Positions 13,039-22,850 of a DNA stretch of 64,000 bases are shown in pieces. Within the stretch, counting starts at the first letter, position 1; every line of letters starts with the position of its first letter. A program made the translations under genes and the position numbers. Under the pieces are notes generated by a model, which searched no databases, was not told the origin of the DNA, and was given only the letters and a program-made list of their open reading frames with translations. Location of the stretch: NCBI RefSeq assembly GCF_006345805.1, contig NC_042997.1, positions 50,840,001 through 50,904,000 of the forward strand, given 5' to 3'. This DNA comes from Octopus sinensis. Taxonomy: Eukaryota.

Positions 13039-13492
13039 CTTTTCAATGAAGAATGTTTCCTTGTTTAGTCTAATTAGACTAAACAAGGAAACATTCTTCA
13101 TTGAAAAGTACAAGCCCAGACTTAACCATTCCAACATACTTATACAGAGAAATTCACTCCAAAGAAAAGACAAAAAATTTTAAGCGATTATCTCCCTTAC
13201 ACCGGAAGAAATCACTTATTACCTCCCCTTATTTGGAACTCTTCTCAACATAAACATAACGATAACTCTTCTCAACATAAACATAACGATGTAAGAAATT
13301 TGAAAAGCTGAACGCGAAACCGGTCATTTCTTCTAAACTATGTCATTGTAAGAAGAAAATTGATAACATTCTTCAGACATATTGACTCAAATATATATTT
13401 TTTAACCTTTTAAAACAAGCCTTCTGTAGTTTTTTCACTTTTTACTATTTTCTATATAGTCAACCACGTGCTTTCACAAACCAACTTTCTCA

Positions 13493-13495
<3 letters not shown>
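13039..13495 (+). mobile_element. Third Penelope-like 3' tail with fold-back 5' end
   Basis: Encodes RLNKETFFIEKYKPRLN (cf. RISKENLFITKYKPLLN of element 1), followed by a hammerhead, ending at (TA)n. Confidence 0.75.
13293..13332 (+). ncRNA. Minimal type I hammerhead ribozyme, U3-A8 variant
   Basis: AAGAAAT TTGAAAA GC TGAAC GC GAA ACCGGT C ATTTCTT: 7-bp stem I, 2-bp stem II, palindromic stem III, GUC site. Confidence 0.75.
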
Positions 13496-13524
<29 letters not shown>

Positions 13525-13528
<4 letters not shown>

Positions 13529-14366
13529 TTTAACAATTAAGGATAATCTCTTAATAAGGGATCTTAACAAGAAATTATCGGGTAGCTAGCGTGAAAATCT
13601 CATAAAAGAAAAGAATTCGAAAATAATTTTTTTCTTTTGAACAAATTAATTATATCTATATTGTATAGAGGGCATTATTACACATAAATGCCTCACACTA
13701 AGAGGGACAAAGTCATTACTACCAAAATTATACTAATCATACCCAAATGCAGTTTTTCAAAGCAAGACATTTAAAAAATGAATTTAGTTCTGTATCACCG
13801 TGATTTCACATTCAACTTACGTCTAATGATCGTCAGCAGAACTGATTCTGAACACATCATAAATAAACTACCAACCTCTATACAATATAGATATAATTAA
13901 TTTGTTCAAAAGAAAAAAATTATTTTCGAATTCTTTTCTTTTATGAGGTTTTCACGCTAGCTACCCGATAATTTCTTAAGATCCCTTATTAAGAGATTAT
14001 CCTTAATTGTTAAACTTATTCCGAAATACTTTTCATTACCCGACATGCAGTTCGTAAAAAGCCCGCCATTTACCGGATATATGATTTATAAACATTCCAT
14101 GTGCTTGGCCGGAGTGAGCAGTTGTCTGTTCGTCTTCGCTACGTAAGGTTGGTAGTTTATTTATGATGTGTTCAGAATCAGTTCTGCTGACGATCATTAG
14201 ACGTAAGTTGAATGTGAAATCACGGTGATACAGAACTAAATTCATTTTTTAAATGTCTTGCTTTGAAGAACTGCATTTGGGTATGATTAGTATAATTTTG
14301 GTAGTAATGACTTTGTCCCTCTTAGTGTGAGGCATTTATGTGTAATAATGCCCTCTATACAATATA
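13525..14366. mobile_element. Non-coding hammerhead-containing element (retrozyme-like or non-autonomous PLE): 477-nt unit plus inverted partial copy
   Basis: 13525-13877 is the reverse complement of 14146-14366 plus 13875-14019. Direct repeat CCTCTATACAATATA at 13875 and 14352. Flanked by (TA)n. Confidence 0.75.
14180..14237 (+). ncRNA. Type I hammerhead ribozyme, canonical core (mirror copy on - strand at 13786-13843)
   Basis: AGTTCTG CTGACGA TCATT agacgtaagttg AATGT GAA ATCA cgg TGAT A CAGAACT, with a U-U mismatch at the base of stem II. Confidence 0.8.
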
Positions 14367-14384
14367 TATATATATATATATATT

Positions 14385-15402
14385 ATGCCACCGCATAACT
14401 TGACACTAAAACTGGATGCTTCCATTATGTTGCTTAGGAATCTTGACCCATCTCAACTCTGTAATGGAACTCGCTTAATTGTTACTTCCATGAAGCTCCA
14501 TGTCCTGCAGGTAACAATCATAACAGGTAGTCACAAAGAAATGTCTTTATTCCCAAAATTCCTCTCATACCTACAGATGTTCCATTTGAATAGAAGATGC
14601 TTCGGTTTCCAGTCAAACTAAGTTTTCTTATTTCAATTAACAAATCTCAAAGTCAATCCCTCAATGTAGTTGCACTTGATCTCTCTGCCACAGGCTTCTC
14701 CCACAGCCAACTCTATGTTGTTTCCTCGCGGACTGGTAGCAGCAACAATTTATTCATTTCGAAACCAACTAAAAATTACACAATTAATATTGTTTACCCT
14801 GAGGTGCTTCAACATTGACAGATTTTCAGTTCGAAATTCTATAATCATTACGATTTAGATTTTTTTTTTTTAATAAAACATAGATATTCTGAAATAATTA
14901 TGAGAATATATCTTTATATTTATTGTTTAAGATAAAAACAGTAGTAACAGTAGTAGGCGCAGGAGTGGCTGTGTGGTAAGTAGCTTGCTAACCAACCACA
15001 TGGTTCCGGGTTCAGTCCCACTGCGTGGCACCTTGGGCAAGTGTCTTCTGCTATAGCCCCGGGCCGACCAATGCCTTGTGAGTGGATTTGGTAGACGGAA
15101 ACTGAAAGAAGCCTGTCGTATATATGTATATATATATATATGTGTGTGTGTTTGTGTGTCTGTGTTTGTCCCCCTAGCATTGTTTGACAACTGATGCTGG
15201 TGTGTTTATGTCCCCGTCACTTAGCGGTTCGGCAAAAAGAGGCCGATAGAATAAGTACTGGGCTTACAAAGAATAAGTCCCGGGGTCGAGTTGCTCGACT
15301 AAAGGCGGTGCTCCAGCATGGCCGCAGTCAAATGACTGAAACAAGTAAAAGAGTAAAAGAGTAAAAGAGTAAAACCCGTGCAACACCGGGTCATTCACCT
15401 AG
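14385..15402 (+). mobile_element. Helitron 3' fragment (PIF1-like helicase C-terminus, hairpin and CTAG end), interrupted by a SINE
   Basis: PPHNLTLK..IMLLRNLDP..LCNGTRL, then FPVKLSF..SINKSQSQSL..FSHSQLYV..NIVYPEVL. Terminal ACCCGTGCAACACCGGGT...CTAG|T at 15374-15402. Confidence 0.88.
14956..15372 (+). mobile_element. tRNA-derived SINE family A with (GTAAAAGA)n tail
   Basis: A-box/B-box-like head (TGGCTGTGTGG...GGTTCAGTCCC), GGCACCTTGGGCAAGTG body, tandem tail. Other copies at about 17226-17595(-), 43130-43385(-), 48585-48900(-), 59953-60366(-), 61355-61560(-), 62120-62275(-). Confidence 0.85.
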
Positions 15403-16148
15403 TCTCTGTGTGTGTGTATACAGAGAGAGAGAGAGAAGGAGAAAATACTTATATTCTTATACCTTTACATATATACATGTATTTCAATGAGTTAATTACC
15501 AGCTTTTCAGCACATCTGCCTAAAGTAGTATTTTTTGCTGATGCACTGAAGAGGTAAGAGATACTCAGAGATACTCACTGAAATATTATATATATATATA
15601 TAAAGATATAGAAAATGAGTTCTTCAACTTTAACCTTGAAGAGATTCTTCTCCTTTAATAGTGAATCACCACTAGAGGCAAACCACATGATCGAATATCA
15701 GAAATGTTTTCTGCTTTTCCTCTATTTTAAAGTTATATGGCTCGGACTGCATCTTAGCCTATCCTTCGATGTGGTGATTAGATTTATATCGTATAGGGAA
15801 ATAGGAATTTAATGCAGAACTGACTCATGAACTCCAAACCTATAGGTAGCGTGTTGTGCACAATAGAACATTATTGATTTATAACAACATAGATACATAC
15901 ACGTATGCTCACGCACGTGTATATATATATGTGTATATATATATAAAGAGAGAGAGGGGGTGTATTAAACGGAACAGGAAGAGACATGTGGAATGGGGCG
16001 TCGTTGAAGGGATCACGGGATGTGTGACGAAAGATTTCAGACAAAGGATACAAAACTAAGAACAATAATAAAGCTAAAGTGAAGAACGAGTGTTTATTTG
16101 GAGAAAAAAAAAGGAAATGACCATCTTGAAATATAACTATATATATAT

Positions 16149-16787
16149 TTGAATAATCATGACGCACACTCTTACTCTTTACTTGACTTTTCCTCCCTGC
16201 CTGTCTGTCTTCCTCTCTACTTGTCTCTCTCTTTCTTATTTTTCACCCTTTCTGGTTTCTTTTCCCCTCTCTCTCTCTCCTCCTCCTCCTCCTCTCTCTG
16301 GCCGTTGACCAGAGGGCTACTAAAACTTTCTTTCAGCTTCGTGCTTCAACAAGCATACATCGACTTCCCTGTCTTTCGCAAGCCGATTTTTCTCATGCGT
16401 TCTAACTAATTTTTCCACCGTCTAGGCCTAAAAAAAGCCCTTATTGTTGGTTCCTTGTCCTGTTATTCCTTATTTGTACTGTTTTTTCTACTGTTTTTTC
16501 TTCATTTGTATTGCTTTTGCGTCCTGTTCTTATCACTTGTTTTACCCCTCTGCAAAAGAATTTTACTTAATTCCTTTTGCAGGAAGGACTGCTTCGGCCT
16601 GGCCGTGTTCTGCCCTTACCTTCGAAACACGCATTGAGCCGAACCAGGGGCAGCCGATGAAGGGGAATTTTCCTTGTATTGTTTATCTTGTACTCTGTTT
16701 TTTCGTTGTTAAAAAAAGTCCGTTTCCTTGTTTGATTTCATGTTTTCGTTTCTCGTTATGTTCTACGTTTATTTGTGGTGTCCTGTA

Positions 16788-16790
<3 letters not shown>
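16149..16790 (+). repeat. Unclassified pyrimidine-rich interspersed element inserted in (TA)n (PLE-tail-like)
   Basis: Bounded by TA microsatellites. Architecture similar to 21060-21800 on the opposite strand. Confidence 0.4.
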
Positions 16791-16839
<49 letters not shown>

Positions 16840-16934
16840 TGTATATATATATATGCATGTATATATATGTAGATGTAGATGTACATATATGTATGTATGT
16901 ATGCATATATTTTATTTATTTATTATTGTTATTG

Positions 16935-16967
<33 letters not shown>

Positions 16968-17047
16968 GCATGTATATATACATGTATATGTAAGTATGTA
17001 CATATACACACACATATATATATATACATATACGTGTATATATATAA

Positions 17048-17106
<59 letters not shown>

Positions 17107-17995
17107 AGCTGAAATTTACAGAAAAACAAAAGACGAAGACAGGTGTATAAACAACAAGCAGGTGTATTAGTTTGACGCTCGTGAAGGTGAGAAAGTCCTT
17201 TACATTTGGAGCCTACGCTCTTCAACAGTCATTTGACTGCAACCATGCTGGAGCACCGCCTTTAGTCGAACAAATCGATCCCAGGACTTATTCTTTGTAA
17301 GCCTAGTACTTATTCTATCGGTCTTTTTCCGAACCTCTAAGTTACGGGGACATAAACACACCAATATCGGATGTCAAGCAATAGTGGATGCGTACAAACA
17401 CAGACACACAATTACATACAGATATATCTATGACGGGCTTCTTTCAGTTTCCATCTACCAATATCCACTCACAAGGATTTGATCGGCCCGAGGCTACAGC
17501 AGAAGACACTTGTCCAAGGTACCACACCGTGCGACTGAACCTGGAACCATGTGGTTAGAAAGAAAGCTTCTTACCACACAGCCACTCCGGTGCCTATACA
17601 TATACAGTATATGTGTGTGTGTGTGGAAGCACAATGGCCCAGTGGTTAGGGTAGCGTGGTCGTAGGATCGCTGTTTTGATTCCCAGACCGGGCGTTGTGA
17701 GTGTTTATTGAGCGAAAACACCTAAAGCTCCACGAGGCTCCGGCAGCGGGTGGTGGCGAACTCTGCTGTACTCTTTCATCAAAACTTTCTCTCATTTTTT
17801 CTTCCGGTTTCTCTTGTACCTGTATTTCAAAGGGCCAGCCTTGTCATACTCTGTGTCACGCTGACTCATCCCGAGAACTACGTTAGGGGTACACGTGCCT
17901 GCGGAGTACTCAGCCACTTGCACGTTAATTTCACGAGCAAGCTGTTCCGTTGATCGGATCAACTGGAACCCCCGTCGTCGCAACTGACGGAGCGT

Positions 17996-18029
<34 letters not shown>

Positions 18030-18033
<4 letters not shown>

Positions 18034-18357
18034 TCAGTGGTTAGAGCGTCGAGCTTACGATCGTGAGGTTGTGAGCTCGAATCCCGGACCGGGCTGCGTG
18101 TTGTGTTCTTGAGCAAGACACTTTATTTCACGTTGCTCCAGTTCACTCAGCTGTAGAAATGAGTTGCGACGTCACAGGTGCCAAGCTGTATCGGCCTTTG
18201 CCTTTCCCTTGGACAACATCGGTGGCGTGGAGAGGGGAGGCCGGTATGCATGGGCGACTGCTGGTCTTCCATGAAACAACCTTGCCCAGACTTGTGCCTC
18301 AGAGAGTAACTCTCTAGGTGCAAACCCATGGTCAGTGTCTGACCGAAGGGGGTCACC
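18030..18357 (+). mobile_element. tRNA-derived SINE family B
   Basis: TGGCTCAGTGGTTAGAGC...TCGAATCCC head and TGTGTTCTTGAGCAAGACACTTTA body. Copies or relatives at about 17625-17996, 25420-25705, 32045-32380, 32808-33115, 45667-45965. Confidence 0.85.
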
Positions 18358-18408
18358 TATATATATATATATATATACACATACATACATACATACATAT
18401 TATATGTA

Positions 18409-18457
<49 letters not shown>

Positions 18458-18463
18458 GACTAC

Positions 18464-18506
18464 GCTGCATTGATAAAGGGCAACTACCCTGAAACGCGTC
18501 TGCAGC
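18464..18506 (+). ncRNA. Minimal type I hammerhead ribozyme, U3-A8 variant
   Basis: GCTGCA TTGATAA AGGG caacta CCCT GAA ACGCGT C TGCAGC: perfect stems I and II, palindromic stem III, GUC site. Lies in a roughly 270-bp insert within (TA)n. Confidence 0.82.
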
Positions 18507-18744
18507 TGTCTGACTAGCAGGATGAAGCGGCTGACCTCCCCTGTTCGAAAGTCTATAATGGACGCAGATTGTGTGTCAAATAGCTTGCTTGAGGCGGTGG
18601 CCTCTTGGAGCTAATCATCGACAGCTCTAGTCTTATATTTATAAGATTGCCATATTAGTATGGCGATAACTATTAATTTCCAGTAACGCTGCCGTAATCT
18701 CCTTTAGAGAGACTTAGTAATTTTTATATTTATATATATATATA

Positions 18745-19325
18745 TGTAGTGACCCTATAGCGGTGCGCGCTCGCGCACCGTCCATTTGTATTTCGCGCGT
18801 GTCGGTGCCTTTACCAAGGCACAGAAAGGAAGGGCCCTCTCGCGCATGCGCGAAGCACCGGAAGCACGACCCTGGCCAAGGCAGGGGGATCGTAGAACGT
18901 TTGACCACTAGCAGCAGCAAGCGGCGACTTGGGACCCAGCGATTGAAGGCGGCGGTCACGATATTTTTCTCTCCGGTTGATAGCAGCAGTCGGCCGAATG
19001 CCTTTAACCAAATTGTTGCCGACCACATTCAACTTCCCTGTTCGACGCCATCTTGACCCCTTTCTGGTTTAGCGGCTGGACATTGTAAATATTACACCAG
19101 ATTAACTTTCAGCCTTGCGCGCCCCGAACCAAGGACATCAGATAACACACTTATTGTTATTGTTACCAAGAAAGAGAATAAAGTAGTATATATATATTTT
19201 ACGTCTGCGTCTTGTTGTTTCTGACTGGTAGAATTCTGGATTATTAAAGCAACGGCTAGTGAGTGATTGTTTTCTTGTACCCCGAAAGTACAAGATCAGA
19301 TATTCACACACTCACACTAAGTTCG

Positions 19326-19330
<5 letters not shown>
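18745..19330 (+). mobile_element. Solo LTR (Gypsy-type)
   Basis: TGTAGTGAC...CGTTTCA termini, TATA on both flanks, internal AATAAA. Shares CGCGCATGCGCGAAGCAC and terminal sequence with 28281-28833. Confidence 0.7.
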
Positions 19331-19398
<68 letters not shown>

Positions 19399-20342
19399 AT
19401 AGATATCTGTGTGTATGTGTGTGTATGTGCGTGTGTTTGTGTGTGTCTGTGTCTGTGTCTGTGTATAAACAAACAATAAAGAATTGCAAAGAGACTAGAC
19501 ATACGTAAATTAAGCATTTAGTTAAACGAAAAAATTGACTGTTTCTTTACATATTCAGCGCCTAGGCAACACCAGGTGCTTTGGCAACACCAGGTGCCTT
19601 GGCAAATTCAACACTGGCTAGTTTAAATGAAAGGAACATACGTAAATTAGAGATATTATTTTTTAAACTGTCAAAATCTTGGGTCGTCAAAAGTTCACCT
19701 CAACTCGGCGGAGTTCAAATCTTTCGCTGTACTAAATAAACTGTTGCTATTCTCCCCATTAAAGGTGTTTAGTAAGTAACACTAAATTCACTTAGTTCAT
19801 CTTGATTATTATCCATCTCATCAGACTTAACGGTGCCATAATTCTGTAGTCTTATCGCTGCCAAATTTATAACAAAACAAATACTAAAAAACAAAGCATG
19901 ATTTCTAACAAGCGCCTTTTTTTATGTATATATTATTTTAGTTTGTGACACCTAAATTCGTCTAAATGCGCGTGCGCATAAGCGCGCGTTGGAGGGCGTA
20001 TGTATATGAATGCCAGTGTCTTTGCGTTAGTGCATGTGTCTGTATGCCTGTGCAGGCATCGTGTGTGTGTGTGTGTGTGTGCGTTGAGTGTTGTGTTTTA
20101 TAGGTAACTTGTGTGATCTATGTGCGGATGTGTATTCTAGGATGTTTTTTTGCATTGCTATTACATCTGTAGAGGTTAGGTGGGGGGTATAAAATTTTAA
20201 GAGGTGCCAAAAATATTTCCGTGTTTAGCAGATTCGCCGCGAGTTATCGACCTGGAATGTGGCTGTTAATAGGAAATCAGGAAGATGGACTTAAAACGAA
20301 TTTCAATTTCTTTCGTTTTTTCTTTTGTTTTGTTTTTTTTGT

Positions 20343-20929
20343 TCAACTCTAAACGCTTTGCAACGTTTGTTTTTGAAGGTAGTGGTTTTCTGATTGCAAC
20401 CCTCCATGAAATCCGGCTTTGTGCAACTCCGGGCGAACAGTTTTTGCGGAAACTGGGTTCCCGAGGTGGTCATTAAGCTCTGCAGTAATTTTGGGAGCTC
20501 TACTTTTATGATCCTTTCTAACAATTCCCGTAAGAGTCCGATGGTCCCTATCTGAAAGTTTTGGTTTTCTCTCGGAGTTTTGTTTCGACGAGGAGGTTTT
20601 CCCTCTTTCTCAAAGGCTGTCATAACATTCGAGACAGTATTTCTTGATACACCAAACATTTCGGCTGTTTTCGTTACGCTAGAGCCTGCCATACGAGCTC
20701 CAACAATTGGACCTCTTTGAAAATGCGATACATCTGTCATTTTAATGAATTTTAATTATCTTTTTCTGATGATATCTGAAAAGAAACAGCAATTTCAGCA
20801 AAAAGTATTAAGCAACATTAATAATAAATCAAAAAGTATAAAAATAAACAAGCTTTTGATGGTTTTATAGATATTTCAAAATTGCGATGCTATTACGCGA
20901 GGTGTTTCCATTATTTTCTCCAACACTTG
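20343..20929 (-). mobile_element. Tc1-like transposon, 5' fragment
   Basis: TA-CAAGTGTTGGAGAAAATAATGGAAACACC terminus and paired-like HTH MTDVSHFQRGPIVGARMAGSSVTKTAEMFGVSRNTVS. Frameshifted and truncated. Confidence 0.82.
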
Positions 20930-20930
20930 T

Positions 20931-20995
<65 letters not shown>

Positions 20996-21059
20996 TACAT
21001 GCATACACATTTACACATATATATGTATGTGTGTGTATGTATGTTTGTGTATATATATA

Positions 21060-21800
21060 TATATAAAATACAAAATGGGGCAAGAACGCAAAACATTCAG
21101 ACAAGTGATACAAAAAAGGGACAACAAAACATCGAGATTGACGATACAAAGAAAACAAGGACGGGTCATTCGGAGTTTTCTTTCCTCAGTCGACTTCCAG
21201 ATTATCTTTGCAATTTTGGCTGGTTATACTCGAGATTGTTCCAATCTGGCCAGCCCCAGGGAAAAACTAAGCTAAGAGCATTAGATTCCTTGGAAGAAAG
21301 CAGCGAATGTATACGAAAACAACGACAAAAAAAATGGAGAATGTTACACAAATACAAATAACATGACATAACAACAGGTGTCTTTCGACAAAGACGAATT
21401 AGATTAAGCTGGCGTGTGTGGAAATAAAGCCTTACGGCAGGGATACAAGATTTCGCAGGTGCAGGGAGGAATAAAGATGTTGCACGGACGACGGCCGAGC
21501 CAAGAAAGAAAGATCAGGCTTGGCTGCACACCGGTTACGTGAGGAGAGAAGAGAGAGAGAGGTAGAGGCAGACGGACAGAAAAATTAACGAGGGGAGAGA
21601 AAAAACTGACAGGGACACAGTGCAGGGAAAAGAGGAGGGAAAGTGAGGGATATGTGAGAGAGGGGGAACGGAAGAACGAAGAGTGGAATGAACGAATAGG
21701 CATGAAAAGGCTGATAGAAAGAAAGAATAGAGTCGTACAAGATTTAGATAAATATATACTTACATATAAGAGACCAAAGTGTATAAATATATATACATAT
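21060..21800 (-). repeat. Unclassified interspersed element next to (TA)n (PLE-tail-like)
   Basis: Strand-biased composition and layout similar to 16149-16790. Confidence 0.4.
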
Positions 21801-22029
21801 ACTATAAAGCGACGAACTGGAGGAATCGTTAATCTCCCGGGCAAAATGCTTCGCGGCATTTCGACTATCTTTATGCTCTTAGTTCAAATTCCGCTGAGAA
21901 CATAAAGACGGACAAAATGCCGTTAAGCATTCTGCCCGACACGGTAACCACTCTAAGCATTCTGCCCGGCATAGTAACCACTCTGCCCCTCACTGCTTTG
22001 ACAAAGCAAAATTATCCTTTCAACTACAG

Positions 22030-22850
22030 GCACAAGGCCGAAATTTAAATGAGGGTGCTAGTTGATTACAGCGACCCCAGTACGTCACTGGTACTTATTT
22101 TATCGACCCCGAAAGGATGAAAGACAAAGCCAACCTCAGCAGAATTTGAACTGAGAACGTAAAGACGGACGAAATGCCGCAAAGCATTTTTCCCGGCGCG
22201 GTAACGATTCTGCCAACTCACCGCCTTAACCGCAGTAATAATAATCCTTTCTAAGGCGGCGAGCTAGCAGAAACGTTAGCACGCCTGGCGAAATGCTTAA
22301 CGGTATTTCGTCTGCCGTTACGTTCTGAGTTCAAATTCCGCCGAGGTCGACTTTGCCTTTTATCTTTTCGGGATCGATAAATTAAGTACCAATTACGCAC
22401 TAGGGTCGATGTAATCGACTTAATCCGTTTGTCTGTCCTTGTTTGTCCCCTCTATGTTTAGCCCCTTGTAGGTAATAAAGAAATAAGAAACATTAGCACG
22501 CCGGGCGAAATGCTTAGCGGTATTTCACCTGTCGCCGAGGTCGACTTTGCCTTTCATCCTTTCGGGGTCGATTAAATAAGTACCAGTTACGCGCTGGGGT
22601 CGATATGATCGACTTAATCCGTTTGTCTGTCCTTGTTTGTCCTCTCTGTGTGTAGCCCTTTGTAGGTAGTAAAGAAATAGGTATTTCGTGTGTCTTTACA
22701 TTCTGAGTTCAGATTCTGCCGAGGTCGACTTTGCCTTCCATCATTTCGGGGTCGATAAATTAAGTACCAGTTGGATATTGGGATCGATGTAATCGACTGG
22801 TCCCTTCCCCAAGCATTTCGGGTTTTGTGTCTAATGTAGAAAATAATAAT
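22030..22850. mobile_element. Cluster of SINE family C copies (Meta-domain-like body)
   Basis: Repeated GTCGACTTTGCCTTTCATCCTTTCGGGGTCGATAAA..AAGTACCAG after a tRNA-like head. One minus copy then three plus copies. Others at about 6960-7144(-), 23700-23877(-), 33118-33313, 34362-34575(-), 55080-55295, 56070-56283, 58798-59020. Confidence 0.85.

Noticed and set aside
18030-18100. tRNA genes (also about 32055, 36265, 39930, 45680)
   Set aside because: A/B-box heads continue into shared SINE bodies, some with TSDs; no complete cloverleaf seen.
19555-19623. Second Helitron 3' end
   Set aside because: GGCAACACCAGG duplication and CTAG resemble one, but the hairpin is degenerate and no linked Helitron sequence is seen.
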